Below, in pieces: positions 9,055-21,110 of a stretch of DNA of 64,000 bases. The DNA is taken from assembly GCA_963718235.1 (NCBI GenBank), contig CAVQYR010000001.1:960001-1024000 (forward strand), written 5' to 3'. The notes under the pieces are model-generated. The model searched no databases. It had not been told where the DNA came from and saw nothing but the letters and a program-made list of their open reading frames with translations. Source of the DNA: an uncultured Actinomycetota bacterium (GTDB taxonomy: Bacteria > Actinomycetota > Actinomycetes > JAHEKZ01). Position numbers and translations under genes: made by a program. The first letter of the stretch is position 1. Each line of letters starts with the position of its first letter.

Positions 9055-10197
9055 ATGGTGCCCCTTGAGCCGTTAGACGCAGCGGGACGAGTCGTCGCAG
9101 AGCGCTTTCCGAGTGCCAATGCGGCGTTCCTGGCCGGGAGCGTGCTGACTCCGTACCGAAGCTTGACGTCCGACCTCGACATCGTGGTCGTCCTCGCGGG
9201 GCTGCCGGCGCCCTACCGCGAGACGATCCGCGAGCACGGGTGGGTGGTCGAGCTGTTCGTCCACAGCACGGAGTCGCTGGAGCACTACTGGAAGACCGAC
9301 CTGGCCGGCTTTCGATGCACGCTGGCTCGGATGTGTGCGGACGGCCTTGTCCTTCGCTCCGTCGACGGCGCGGCTGAACGGATCAAGAACGAAGCAAGAG
9401 GACGGGTCGAGGCTGGACCGCCGCCGGTGTCCCGAGAGGAGCTGGACCGTCGCCGGTACCTCGTCACCGATCTGCTGGACGACCTGCGTGGAGCGACCGG
9501 CCCGGGGGAGAGCACCTACATCGCGAGTGCGTTGCTGATCGCCGCGTCAGAGCTCGCCCTGCTCTCCGAACACCGGTGGCTCGCGACCGGCAAGTGGCTG
9601 GCCCGAGAGCTGAGCGACAGCGGTGGCGGGCTCTCAGGTGAGCTGGCGCGTGCCGTGCGGGCCCTCGTCGCGGACGGTGACCCGCAACCGCTCGACGACG
9701 CGGTGAACTCAGTGCTCGACCGATGCGGTGGTCCATTCACCGAGGGGTACCACGCTCGCGGCAACGTCCCGCCCCCGGCTGAAGATCGCCGCGACCAACC
9801 CGTCGATGGGCCGGGGGCTGCCCCGCCCAATCCAGTGACATACTTCGAGATTCCTGTGGGCGAGATGGACCGGGCGGTTCGCTTCTACGAGGCCGTCTTC
9901 GAGGTCCGTCTCGACCGCGGCCTGCTCGACGGCATCGAGATGGCCTGGTTCCCTGGCCGCGACGGTGCCCCAGGTATCGCCGGCGCTCTGGCCCGGGGCG
10001 ACAGCTATGTCCCAGGTGCTACGGGTGCTCGTGTCTACTTCAACAGCGAGAACATCGACGCGACACTGGCTCTCGCTGTCGACTCTGGCGGCGCGGTTCT
10101 CTACCCGAAGACCTCGATCGGCGAGCTTGGCGAGGTCGCCGAGTTCGAGGACACCGAAGGCAACTGCATCGCGCTGCACTGTCGTACGGCGCCTTGA
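9055..10197 (+). CDS. nucleotidyltransferase-domain protein fused to a VOC/glyoxalase domain
   Basis: LAGS...TSDLDIVV (Pol-beta NTase); C-terminal NPVTYFEIPV..MDRAVRFYEAVF...FEDTEGNCIALH. Confidence 0.8.
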   Translation: MVPLEPLDAAGRVVAERFPSANAAFLAGSVLTPYRSLTSDLDIVVVLAGLPAPYRETIREHGWVVELFVHSTESLEHYWKTDLAGFRCTLARMCADGLVLRSVDGAAERIKNEARGRVEAGPPPVSREELDRRRYLVTDLLDDLRGATGPGESTYIASALLIAASELALLSEHRWLATGKWLARELSDSGGGLSGELARAVRALVADGDPQPLDDAVNSVLDRCGGPFTEGYHARGNVPPPAEDRRDQPVDGPGAAPPNPVTYFEIPVGEMDRAVRFYEAVFEVRLDRGLLDGIEMAWFPGRDGAPGIAGALARGDSYVPGATGARVYFNSENIDATLALAVDSGGAVLYPKTSIGELGEVAEFEDTEGNCIALHCRTAP

Positions 10198-10363
10198 CGA
10201 CATCGACGTCGCCGACAGCACGTGGCCACGGCCGCCGGGGGAAGGGCCTCTCCGGGAAGGTCGCTGTCCAGGCGGAACCGACGGCGTGGCTCAGGATGCG
10301 CGTGGCTCTTGGGCCACTACCATCGGCGACGATCAGGGGGCAACCGACCTGCGATGAGGTGAC

Positions 10364-12865
10364 GTGTCGAAGAACGGGAGCACCGAGCCGATCGATGCCC
10401 CACGGCACGACCGGATCCGTCCCGACGAGGCCGTCACGCTCGACGAGAACCGTCGGTTCCACTTCGTTCCGGCCAGAATCTTCTCGTCAGCGGCCGATGC
10501 ACCACGAGCGCGTCGTCCGACTGACTGGTTGCTGCTGTTCGGCTCACTGTTCGGGCTGGCCCTGGTAACTCTCGTAGCACCCGGACCGACCGAGCTCGAC
10601 ACCGCAGTCGTCGGGCTGGTCCAGGCGCTGCCTGGACTCGCCGGATGGTTCTGGGAGATCTGCTACCTGCTGCTGGTGGGTTGGGCCGCGGTGCTTCTCG
10701 TGCTGCCTCTGGTGAGACCAGGGCGACGGCGTCTGTTCGTCGACCTGCTGCTCGCCGTGGTCCTGGCCGTCGTGCTGGCGATCGCGGCGGGAGCAATCGC
10801 CGGTACGGACTGGATCGCGAGCCTCGACGGCCTGCTGAACACCGAGCCTCCCGCGGTGTACCTCGGCGCCCGGATCGCCATCGCTGTGGCGGTGGTGGCG
10901 ACGGCCTCACCCCACCTGGCTCGGCCCCTGCGTGTGGTGGGGCGCGGAGTGGTGGGCCTAGGTGCGATCAGTGCCATCGCCTTGGGAGTCACGCTGCCGA
11001 CCGGGGCGCTCGCCGGCTTTTTCGTCGGCTGGCTGACGGGGGCGCTGGTCCATCTGTTGCTGGGGTCACCGGGTGGGCGGATGACCGTCGACCAGGTCCG
11101 GCTCGCACTGTCCGACCTCCGAGTCGAGGTCTCTGACCTGCAGGACACACCCCTGCAGCCCACGGGTGTCGCCCTCATGACAGGAACCAAGGACGACGGC
11201 TCGCGCGTCCTGGTCAAGGTCTACGGACGCGACGCATGGGACGGGCAGTTCCTGACCTCGGCGTGGTCGTCCCTTTGGACCCGGGGCGTGACGCCGCAGC
11301 TGAGCATGGGTCGGCTGCAGCAGGTCGAGCACGAGGCGTACGTGACCCTGCTCGCGCAGCGGGCGGGGGTCTCCGTCATGCCCATCGTCACCGCTGGCGC
11401 AGCTGCTGACGGCGATGCCCTGCTGGTCAGTGACGCGTCGGCCCGACCGCTGGTGCGCGTCGGGGTGGAGGAGGTTGACGATGCGCTGCTGACCCGGTTC
11501 TGGGTGGAGCTGGCTCGGCTGCACGCACTGGGGCTTGCGCACGGCGGAGTCGATGGCTATCGGCTGGTCGTGCGGGACGACGGGGCGGCCGCACTGGCTG
11601 ACCTCGGGGAGGCCAGGGTGGCGGCGTCTCACAACGCACTGATGACCGACCGCGCGCAGCTGCTCGTCTCGACCGCGCTCATCGTGGGCGATGTGCGCGC
11701 GGTTGCGGTCGCCGGAGATGCTCTCGGTGTCGATGGCTTGGTCGAGGTCCTCCCCTTCCTGCAGCCGGCGGTGCTGGACCGGGCCACGCGCCGGGCGGTG
11801 AGTGAGCAGGAGTGGGACCTGAAGGCGATGCGCCTCGCGGCATCCGCTCGTGCCGATGTCGAGCCGCCCGAGCTTGCTCAGGTACGGCGCGTAACGTGGG
11901 GCGCGGTGGTCAAGACCGCCCTGGTCGGCTTGTTCGCCTACCTCATCATCGCGGCGCTGGTCAACGTCGACTTCCAGCAGCTGGTTGACGAGCTCAAGGG
12001 CGCGAACATGGCGGTCTTGGCCCTGGCCCTGCTGGTGTCGCCCACCATCCAGGTGTCGCAGACGTTCTCGACGATCGGCGCAAGCATCCAGGCCGTTCGG
12101 TTCAAAGCGGTGCTCATGCTGCAGTACGCCATCCAGTTCATCGCCCTGGCCGTCCCGAGCTCTGCCGCACGACTGGCACTGGAGATCCGGTTCTTCCAGA
12201 GCTTCGGCGTTGGACCCGGTGGGGCGACGTCGATCGGCGTGATCGACAGCGTCAGCGGATTCGCGATCCAGATCAGCTTGATCCTCATCATCATGTTGAC
12301 CGGGCTCGCCGACCTCAACCTGTTCGGGTCCGGCTCCAGCTCGACCGACTCGACCGGGTCCGACCCCAACGTCCTGCTGATCCTGGTCGCTCTGCTCCTG
12401 GTCGGGATCGTGGTGGCCTGGGCGGTGCCGAGGTACCGAGCGGCCATCAAGACGGCCGTCCCACGATACCGCGCCATGCTGCGCGACCAGAGGTCCCAGG
12501 CAGCCACGGCGCTGGGCGTGTTTCGCCACATCAACAAGGTGCTGCTGCTGCTGGGTGGCAACCTGGGCGCCCAGCTGCTCCAGGCCCTCGTCCTTGGCAT
12601 CTGCCTCAAGGCGTTCGGTTACGACGCCACTTTGGCGCAGCTCATTCTGATCAACACCGGGGTCAGTCTCTTTGCGGGATTCATGCCGATCCCCGGCGGC
12701 ATGGGTGTCGCGGAGGCGGGGTACACCGCCGGGCTGCAGGCCATTGGGGTTCCTGCCGCGGCCGCTGTGTCCACCGCCCTGGCGTTTCGACTGGTCACCT
12801 TCTACCTGCCGCCACTGTGGGGCGGGCCGGCGATGAGGTGGCTGCGTACCCACTCCTACGTGTAA
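10364..12865 (+). CDS. lysylphosphatidylglycerol-synthase TM-domain membrane protein with central kinase-like domain
   Basis: N-terminal TM block; VLVKVYGRDA..., LHALGLAHGG; C-terminal PIPGGMGVAEAG...FRLVTFYLP. Confidence 0.8.
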   Translation: MSKNGSTEPIDAPRHDRIRPDEAVTLDENRRFHFVPARIFSSAADAPRARRPTDWLLLFGSLFGLALVTLVAPGPTELDTAVVGLVQALPGLAGWFWEICYLLLVGWAAVLLVLPLVRPGRRRLFVDLLLAVVLAVVLAIAAGAIAGTDWIASLDGLLNTEPPAVYLGARIAIAVAVVATASPHLARPLRVVGRGVVGLGAISAIALGVTLPTGALAGFFVGWLTGALVHLLLGSPGGRMTVDQVRLALSDLRVEVSDLQDTPLQPTGVALMTGTKDDGSRVLVKVYGRDAWDGQFLTSAWSSLWTRGVTPQLSMGRLQQVEHEAYVTLLAQRAGVSVMPIVTAGAAADGDALLVSDASARPLVRVGVEEVDDALLTRFWVELARLHALGLAHGGVDGYRLVVRDDGAAALADLGEARVAASHNALMTDRAQLLVSTALIVGDVRAVAVAGDALGVDGLVEVLPFLQPAVLDRATRRAVSEQEWDLKAMRLAASARADVEPPELAQVRRVTWGAVVKTALVGLFAYLIIAALVNVDFQQLVDELKGANMAVLALALLVSPTIQVSQTFSTIGASIQAVRFKAVLMLQYAIQFIALAVPSSAARLALEIRFFQSFGVGPGGATSIGVIDSVSGFAIQISLILIIMLTGLADLNLFGSGSSSTDSTGSDPNVLLILVALLLVGIVVAWAVPRYRAAIKTAVPRYRAMLRDQRSQAATALGVFRHINKVLLLLGGNLGAQLLQALVLGICLKAFGYDATLAQLILINTGVSLFAGFMPIPGGMGVAEAGYTAGLQAIGVPAAAAVSTALAFRLVTFYLPPLWGGPAMRWLRTHSYV

Positions 12866-12916
12866 ACCCGGTGACCCTAGGCGGTCTGTTCGGTGACTTG
12901 AGGCACAGGTGCGGGG

Positions 12917-13828
12917 CTAGTTGAGTCTCGACGAGCCGTGTCCGGCCATCCGGGCCCGCAGCTGAGCCCGGTCGATCGGCAGCGGTTGGGTCGAGTCGAG
13001 GAACTGCAGCAGCAGCTGGGCGAACCGGGCCGGCTCGTCCATGTGCGGGAAGTGCCGCGACTGCTCGAACACCTCCAGCCTGCTGCCGGGAATCGCCGCA
13101 TGTGCGGCCCTCGCATGGGCCACCGGGATCACCGTGTCCAGCGCACCCCAGACGATGAGGGTGGGACGACCCTCGGACAGGTAGTGCCGGTCGGCCGCGC
13201 TCACCCGTTGTCCTCCGGGCTCGACGACGCTGCGCAGTGTGTGCACGAACGCCGAGCGAGCCGGCCCGTCGGCCAGGGAGGCGTAGCCGCGCGCCGCCTC
13301 GGACACCGAAGGGCGCGGACGCACGGGAAGCCGGCTCATCAGACGACCCAGCGCCACGCCGGCATCGCGCACGTAGTGGTTGGCGATGACGGGCAGCACG
13401 AGCTCGGCACCGGGAAGGGTGGCCGCCCGAAGCGCGATGCTCACCTCCCGGCCCAGCCCCCCGCTGGACACGAGAACGAGACGCTCGCAGCGCTCGTGGT
13501 ACTGGTAGGCGAACTGCATGGCCACGCCGCCGCCCAGCGAGTGACCGACCACGGTGACCCGCTCGTGCCCCAGATGCTCCAGCAGGTCACGCAGCACGCT
13601 GGCCAGGGCGCCGAGCGAGTAGTCGGTGCGCGGCTTGTCGGAGTCGCCGTGGCCCAGCAGGTCGGGGGCGATCACGTGAGCACGTCCGGCCAGCGTGGGG
13701 ATGACCGGGTCCCAGGTTGCGCTGCTGCTGGTGATGCCGTGGACCAGCAGGACGACGGGTAGCCCCGGGTCGCCGGCCGTCTGGTAGACCACCCGATGAC
13801 CGTGCAGGGTGACTTCGGTCTGCTGCAT
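12917..13828 (-). CDS. alpha/beta-fold hydrolase
   Basis: LLVHGI, APDLLGHGDS, GHSLGGG nucleophile elbow, WGALDTVIP, RHFPH. Confidence 0.9.
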   Translation of the reverse strand: MQQTEVTLHGHRVVYQTAGDPGLPVVLLVHGITSSSATWDPVIPTLAGRAHVIAPDLLGHGDSDKPRTDYSLGALASVLRDLLEHLGHERVTVVGHSLGGGVAMQFAYQYHERCERLVLVSSGGLGREVSIALRAATLPGAELVLPVIANHYVRDAGVALGRLMSRLPVRPRPSVSEAARGYASLADGPARSAFVHTLRSVVEPGGQRVSAADRHYLSEGRPTLIVWGALDTVIPVAHARAAHAAIPGSRLEVFEQSRHFPHMDEPARFAQLLLQFLDSTQPLPIDRAQLRARMAGHGSSRLN

Positions 13829-13929
13829 GGCGGCCTCCGGTGGTTTGGGGGTCCAGCACAGCATGTCGGCCCCGGGCCGGTGAGCCCGGGTCGGGCATCG
13901 CGCCGCCCACCGTCGAGGACCGTCACGGA

Positions 13930-13945
13930 GGGGCCCTTAGCCCCT
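13930..13945 (+). promoter_or_regulatory. DosR/OsdR-like box upstream of the V-ATPase operon
   Basis: GGGGCCCTTAGCCCCT; core GGGnC-N4-GnCCC intact; candidate -10 GACTGT at 13968-13973. Confidence 0.55.
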
Positions 13946-14006
13946 CGCCCTGAGGCCCCTCAGCGGCGACTGTGGAGGTGAGGCTCACCCATGACAGGGG
14001 CTCACC

Positions 14007-14453
14007 ATGCCGAGCGTTCGTGACTTTCTCGAGCGGCTGCGTCCCAGCGGTACACCTGGCGCCGCGGCCCTCTCGGGAGTTCCCGCCGATCGGGTGGCCG
14101 AGCGCTCGGCCGAGCTGGAGCCGGTCCTCGCCCGGCTGGCCGACGTCCAGGTCGAGGCGTCGGAGATCAGGCGGGCGGCTGACGTTGAGGCAAGGCGCAG
14201 ACGCGACGATGCCGCGACTCGCGCGCGTGCCCTTGTCGCCGAGGCGCACCGGATGGTCGAGGCCGAGCGGCGTGACTCTGCGGCCAGGGCTCATGCGAGG
14301 GCAGCGCACGAGACCCATGACCGCCTGGGCGAGGCTGCTTCGCAATCGGTGGCCATCGCCGACCTGGCGCGCGCCCGTGAACCGGCGTTGGTCGACCGGG
14401 TCGTGGATCGGGCCAGGGCGGACGTGGCCGATCTTCTCGGTGGCGGGCCATGA
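14007..14453 (+). CDS. V/A-type ATPase peripheral-stalk subunit G/H-like
   Basis: Ala/Arg/Glu coiled-coil; first gene of the operon; ATGA overlap with the next gene. Confidence 0.6.
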   Translation: MPSVRDFLERLRPSGTPGAAALSGVPADRVAERSAELEPVLARLADVQVEASEIRRAADVEARRRRDDAATRARALVAEAHRMVEAERRDSAARAHARAAHETHDRLGEAASQSVAIADLARAREPALVDRVVDRARADVADLLGGGP

Positions 14454-15371
14454 CCGCGGCGTGGGTCGCAGGGGCGGTCCGGGCTACCGCCATGTCGCAG
14501 CGACGCCTCGGAGCCGCGTCCGCGCGGCGCCTGGCTGCCCGGTCCAGCCTTCCCGAAGCGGTGGAGGTGCTCGCGCTCAGCCCGTACGGGCAGTACGTGC
14601 GCGCGGGTCAGACCCTCGCCGAGGCACAGCGCGCCGTCTCGGCAACCCTGCTGTGGCATCTGCGCGTACTCGGGGGCTGGGTTCCTCGCGGCGATGCCCG
14701 GATCCTGCGCGTCCTGGCGGGTGGCTTCGAGATCGCCAACACCGACGAGCGGCTGCGCGAGCTGGGCTCAGCGGACGCCGAGCCTGCGTTCCAGCTGGGC
14801 AGCCTGGCCACTGCCTGGGGTCGGATCTCGTCGGCCACGTCCGTCGCCCAGGTGCGTGAAGCCTTGGCCCGGTCGGTCTGGGGGGACCCGGGAGCCGACA
14901 CCGACGCAGCCATCCATCTCGGCCTGCGTCTGTCGTGGGCCGCACGGGTCGCCTCGGTCGTGCCATCGGCCCGACCGTGGGCGGGCGGCGCCGCTGCACT
15001 CCTGTTGGCCCGCGAGGTGGTGCTCGGGGGGCAGCATCCGACGTCCCCCACGGTCCGGGTGGTTGCACCCCTGCTCGGCACGGCCTGGGTCGCCGAAGGC
15101 ACGGTTCGGGGGCTCGCCAAGGCCCTGCCCGTCGACGCGCGGTGGGCTCTCGATGAGGTGGGCGAGCCGAGCGACCTGTGGCTGGCGGAGGCCGCGTGGT
15201 GGGCGCGAGTGGAGCGCGACGGCTTCTCCTTGCTGCGTCGTCCGGTCACCACGTCTGCGCCGGTGATCGGCTCGGTGGCCGTCCTTGCGGCAGATGCCTG
15301 GCGGGTCCGGGCTGCACTGGAGGTCGCCTCGCGCGGTGGCGCGGCGACGGCCGGGGTTCTGGAGGTGTTCG

Positions 15372-15385
<14 letters not shown>
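14450..15385 (+). CDS. V/A-type ATPase subunit C (d)-like
   Basis: position and size; L..SPYG, FEIAN motifs resemble subunit C; divergent. Confidence 0.6.
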
Positions 15386-17206
<1,821 letters not shown>

Positions 17207-17207
17207 C

Positions 17208-17432
17208 ATGGGACGGGTAGCCGCGATCGGTGAGGCCGTACGGGTGCAGGGCCTGCGACTGGCCGGCGTGCTGGTGCTGCCTGGCGAGGAGCCGGCCGAG
17301 GTGCGGGCCAGCTGGGCCGGCCTGCCGGACGACGTCGCGGTGGTCGTGCTGACGTCGGCCGCGGCTGCTGCCCTCAACTCGGCTCCGCCGACGAACCGAC
17401 TGGCTCGCCCGACGGTGGTGATGCCGCCGTGA
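17208..17432 (+). CDS. ntpF: V/A-type ATPase subunit F
   Basis: VAAIGE...GLRLAGV, DVAVVVLT, PTVVMP. Confidence 0.8.
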   Translation: MGRVAAIGEAVRVQGLRLAGVLVLPGEEPAEVRASWAGLPDDVAVVVLTSAAAAALNSAPPTNRLARPTVVMPP

Positions 17433-17956
17433 CGGACACCAGCATCGAAACCCGGGTCGACTCACTGTCGTCAGTGCGCGATGCGTTGTTGGCTCAGGCG
17501 CACCGCGACGCCGCTGCGGTCCTGTCCGACGCGGACGCCGCCGTGGCCGCGACGATGGACGCCGCGCGGGCGGAGGCCGCCGCTCTGCGTGCACAGGCGA
17601 GGGAACGCGGTGAGCTGGACGCCGCCGCCATTCTCGCCGGCGAACGGGCCAAGACCGCCCGTCGCGTGCGACAGATCGTGCTGGCACAACGTCAGATCGC
17701 CTACGAGTCGCTGCGCCGACGGGCGCGCGATGCCGTGTCCGAGCTGCGTCACGACCCCAGCTACCCGGCGCTGCTGGACGCCCTGCGTGAGCGAGTGACC
17801 CGCGAGCTCGGACCCGAGGCGCACCTGTGGGAGCACGAGCGCGGCGGGATCGTCGGAGAGGCCGAGGGTCGAAGCGTCCAGTACACGCTGGACGACCTCG
17901 CCGACCTCGTGGTCGACGAGCTCGGGCCCGAGCTCGAGGAGCTGTGGTCCGCGTGA
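17429..17956 (+). CDS. ntpE: V/A-type ATPase subunit E
   Basis: N-terminal coiled coil, then GGIVGEAEGRSVQYTLD. Confidence 0.8.
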   Translation: MTDTSIETRVDSLSSVRDALLAQAHRDAAAVLSDADAAVAATMDAARAEAAALRAQARERGELDAAAILAGERAKTARRVRQIVLAQRQIAYESLRRRARDAVSELRHDPSYPALLDALRERVTRELGPEAHLWEHERGGIVGEAEGRSVQYTLDDLADLVVDELGPELEELWSA

Positions 17957-19713
17957 CCGACGACAGGTCGAAGGGAGGCGCCACAGCCGGACGGGTGGTT
18001 CGGGTGAACGGCCCGTTGGTGGAGGTCGAGGGCCTCGACGGGGTCGCGATGTCGGAGGTGGTGGAGCTCGGACCACTCCGGATTCCAGGGGAGCTGGTGT
18101 CCTTCGCCGGCAGTGTCGCCACCGTTCAGGCCTATGAGTACACCGGGGGGATGAGGCCGGGTCACTCGGTCGTCCCTCGGGGTGAGCCGCTGTCCGCACC
18201 GCTGGGACCGGGGCTGCTCGGCGGTGTGTTCGACGGCCTGCTGCGTCCGCTGGCCGGCGCGGGGCTGTGGCTCACCCCGGGCGGCAAGCCGCCGGAGGCC
18301 TCACCCGCATGGCGGTTCGAGCCCGATGTCGAACCCGGCGACGAGGTCGTCGCAGGTGTGAGCCTGGGCACCGTCCACGGTGTCGGCTCACTGCCGCTGC
18401 GCGTGCTCGTCCCGCCAGGGACTGCCGGCAGGGTCGAGGACGTCGTGTCGTCGGGCGACTATGCCGACGACGTCCCCCTTGCGGTGGTCGGTGGTCGGCC
18501 GGTGGCCATGAAGCAACGCTGGCCGGTGCGCCGACCACGGCCCTACGTCTCCCGGCTCGACGGAGGCAAGCCGCTGGTCACCGGGCAGCGGGTGCTCGAC
18601 CTGCTGTACCCGGTGGCACTGGGCAGCACCGCCGCAGTGCCCGGCGGGTTCGGTACCGGCAAGACGGTGCTGCTCCAGCAGGTGGCCAAGTGGTGCGCTG
18701 CCGACGTCATCGTCTACGTGGGGTGCGGGGAGCGGGGCAACGAGATGGCCGACGTGGTCGCCGAGCTCGCTGAGCTCGTGGACCCACGCACCGGTGGGCG
18801 GCTCGCCCATCGGACCGTCGTGGTGGCCAACACGTCGAACATGCCGATGATGGCCAGGGAGGCGAGCGTCTACGCGGGGATGACGGTGGCGGAGTTCTTC
18901 CGCGACATGGGACTGCACGCCGTGGTGATCGCCGACTCCACGTCACGGTGGGCCGAGGCGCTGCGTGAGTTCGCATCGCGCTCCGGCGCACTGCCCGCCG
19001 AGGAGGGCTACCCCGCGGGACTCGGCTCGGCACTGGCCGCCTTCTACGAGCGGGCCGGGCACGTGGTGACGCTGGGCGGCGGGCAGGGCTCGGTCACCGT
19101 GGTGGGAGCCATCTCACCGCAGGGTGGCGACGTCACCGAGCCGGTGACCGCGAACACCCAGCGGTTCGTCCGCAGCGTGTGGTCCCTCGACCGCGACCTC
19201 GCCTACGCGCGGCACTACCCGGCCGTCTCGTGGACGTCCTCCTTCTCCCGTGACGCCGAGCCGGTGGGCGCGTGGCACGCGGCCACCGGCGACCCCGACT
19301 GGGCCCGGCAACGGGCTCGGGTCCTCGGGCTGGTGGCTGACGCCGACCGGCTGGCCGCGCTGGCGGACCTCGTGGGCGTGGGCTCACTGCCGAGCGCAGA
19401 GCGCATGGTGCTGCTCGCGGGTCGGCTGCTGCGTGAGGCGGTGCTGCAGCAGAGCGCGCTCTCGACCTTCGACGCGGCGTGCTCACCGGAGAAGGGGGCC
19501 GCGCTGGTTGACGCCGTGCTCACCGTGTTCGACCGCTGCCAGGCTCTGGTCGAACGCGGCGTGCTGGCCTCGCTGGTGGAGGAGGTCGACTGGGGCCTTT
19601 TGGTCCGAGCGCGTGACGAGACGGAGTCCTCGGACGTCGACGGGGTGCACGCGCGGCGCGACGCCGTCCTCGCGGTCCTGGACCGGCTCGCGCCGGGGGA
19701 GGCCGGGCCATGA
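17953..19713 (+). CDS. ntpA: V/A-type ATPase catalytic subunit A
   Basis: WPVRRPRP, TGQRVLD, Walker A GGFGTGKT, VGCGERGNEM, NTSNMP, ADSTSRWAEALRE, PAEEGYP; GTG start at 17953. Confidence 0.95.
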   Translation: MTDDRSKGGATAGRVVRVNGPLVEVEGLDGVAMSEVVELGPLRIPGELVSFAGSVATVQAYEYTGGMRPGHSVVPRGEPLSAPLGPGLLGGVFDGLLRPLAGAGLWLTPGGKPPEASPAWRFEPDVEPGDEVVAGVSLGTVHGVGSLPLRVLVPPGTAGRVEDVVSSGDYADDVPLAVVGGRPVAMKQRWPVRRPRPYVSRLDGGKPLVTGQRVLDLLYPVALGSTAAVPGGFGTGKTVLLQQVAKWCAADVIVYVGCGERGNEMADVVAELAELVDPRTGGRLAHRTVVVANTSNMPMMAREASVYAGMTVAEFFRDMGLHAVVIADSTSRWAEALREFASRSGALPAEEGYPAGLGSALAAFYERAGHVVTLGGGQGSVTVVGAISPQGGDVTEPVTANTQRFVRSVWSLDRDLAYARHYPAVSWTSSFSRDAEPVGAWHAATGDPDWARQRARVLGLVADADRLAALADLVGVGSLPSAERMVLLAGRLLREAVLQQSALSTFDAACSPEKGAALVDAVLTVFDRCQALVERGVLASLVEEVDWGLLVRARDETESSDVDGVHARRDAVLAVLDRLAPGEAGP

Positions 19714-21110
19714 CGGGGTGGGGCGTCGTCGAGCACACGGCGATCGGCGGGCTGACCGGTCCGCTCCTGGTTGTCGAGGGGGTGCAGGACGTGGGCTGGG
19801 ACGAGTTCGTGACCGTTCGGACGGATGGTGCAGCAGACCGCCACGGGGTGGTGCTCGAGGTCGACCGGGACCTGGCCGTGGTCCAGGTGCTCGAGGGCAC
19901 CGAAGGGCTGGACCCGAAGCGGACCCGGGTGCGCTTCAGCGGGGCGCCGCTGCGCATCCCGGTGGGGGAGGGATGGCTCGGTCGCGTGTGCAACGGGCGC
20001 GGTGCCCCGCTGGACGGAGGACCGCCGGTCTTCGGGGCCGGCTCGGCGCCCACGACGGGAGCCCCGCTGAACCCGCTCATGCGTGAGCCCCCGGCCGAGC
20101 CGGTCATCACCGGGATCTCGGCGGTCGACGGCCTGGCGACCCTGGTGCGAGGGCAGAAGCTCGCCGTCTTCTCCGTCGCCGGGCTGCCCCACCTGGAGCT
20201 GGCGACCCAGATCGCGGCGCAGGCAACGGCCGGCGACGACCCGTTCTGTGTGGTGTTCGCTGCCATGGGCGTCACCCATGCGGACGCGTCCACCGTGCGT
20301 GAGGTGCTCGAGACTCGGTCTCAAGCGGGTGAGCTGGTCCTGCTGCTGAACACCGCCGACGACCCGGTGATCGAGCGGATCCTCACGCCACGGATCGCCC
20401 TCACGGTCGCGGAGCACCTGGCCTTCACCGCCGGCCGTCACGTGCTCGTCGTCATGACCGACATGACCAGCTACGCCGAGGCCCTGCGCGAGGTGTCCGC
20501 GGCGAGAGGGGAGATCCCGGCCCGCAGGGCCTACCCGGGCTACCTGTACAGCGACCTGGCCTCCCTGTACGAGCGGTGCGGGCGGGTGCGGGGGCAGCCG
20601 GGGTCGGTGACCGTCCTTCCGGTGCTCACGATGCCGGCCGGTGACATCAGCCACCCGGTGCCCGACCTCACCGGCTACATCACCGAGGGTCAGCTCGTCC
20701 TGTCACCCGAGATCCACGCCCGCGGTGTCTACCCCCCGATGGACCCGTTGGAGTCGCTGTCCCGGCTCATGCGCAAGGGAGCCGGACCGGGACGAACCCG
20801 CCCGGACCACCTCGACCTGGCCAACCAGCTGCTCGCTGCGCTGGCGCGCGCTCGACAGGCCGGCGAGCTTGCCGACATGGTCGGCACGGACGCACTCAGC
20901 GGGACCGACCGTCAGTACGTCGCCTACGAGGCGGTCTTCGAGCGTCGCCTGCTCGACCAGGGGCGGGCGGAGAACCGGACCCTGGACGACACTCTCGACC
21001 TGGCCTGGGACGTGCTCGGCGAGCTGCCGCGCCGCGAGCTCACCATGCTTCCAGCCGCACTCGTCGCGGAGCACTACGCATCGCACGAGGGGGAGGGGGC
21101 GACGTCGTGA
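19710..21110 (+). CDS. ntpB: V/A-type ATPase subunit B
   Basis: TLVRGQKL..FS..GLPH, ERILTPRIALTVAE, TDMTSYAEALREVS, YPGYLYSDLASLYER, HPVPDLTGYITEGQ. Confidence 0.95.
   Translation: MTGWGVVEHTAIGGLTGPLLVVEGVQDVGWDEFVTVRTDGAADRHGVVLEVDRDLAVVQVLEGTEGLDPKRTRVRFSGAPLRIPVGEGWLGRVCNGRGAPLDGGPPVFGAGSAPTTGAPLNPLMREPPAEPVITGISAVDGLATLVRGQKLAVFSVAGLPHLELATQIAAQATAGDDPFCVVFAAMGVTHADASTVREVLETRSQAGELVLLLNTADDPVIERILTPRIALTVAEHLAFTAGRHVLVVMTDMTSYAEALREVSAARGEIPARRAYPGYLYSDLASLYERCGRVRGQPGSVTVLPVLTMPAGDISHPVPDLTGYITEGQLVLSPEIHARGVYPPMDPLESLSRLMRKGAGPGRTRPDHLDLANQLLAALARARQAGELADMVGTDALSGTDRQYVAYEAVFERRLLDQGRAENRTLDDTLDLAWDVLGELPRRELTMLPAALVAEHYASHEGEGATS

Noticed and set aside
13874-13887. Second DosR-like box GGGCCGGTGAGCCC
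   Set aside because: Right half-site lacks the conserved G; too weak in GC-rich DNA
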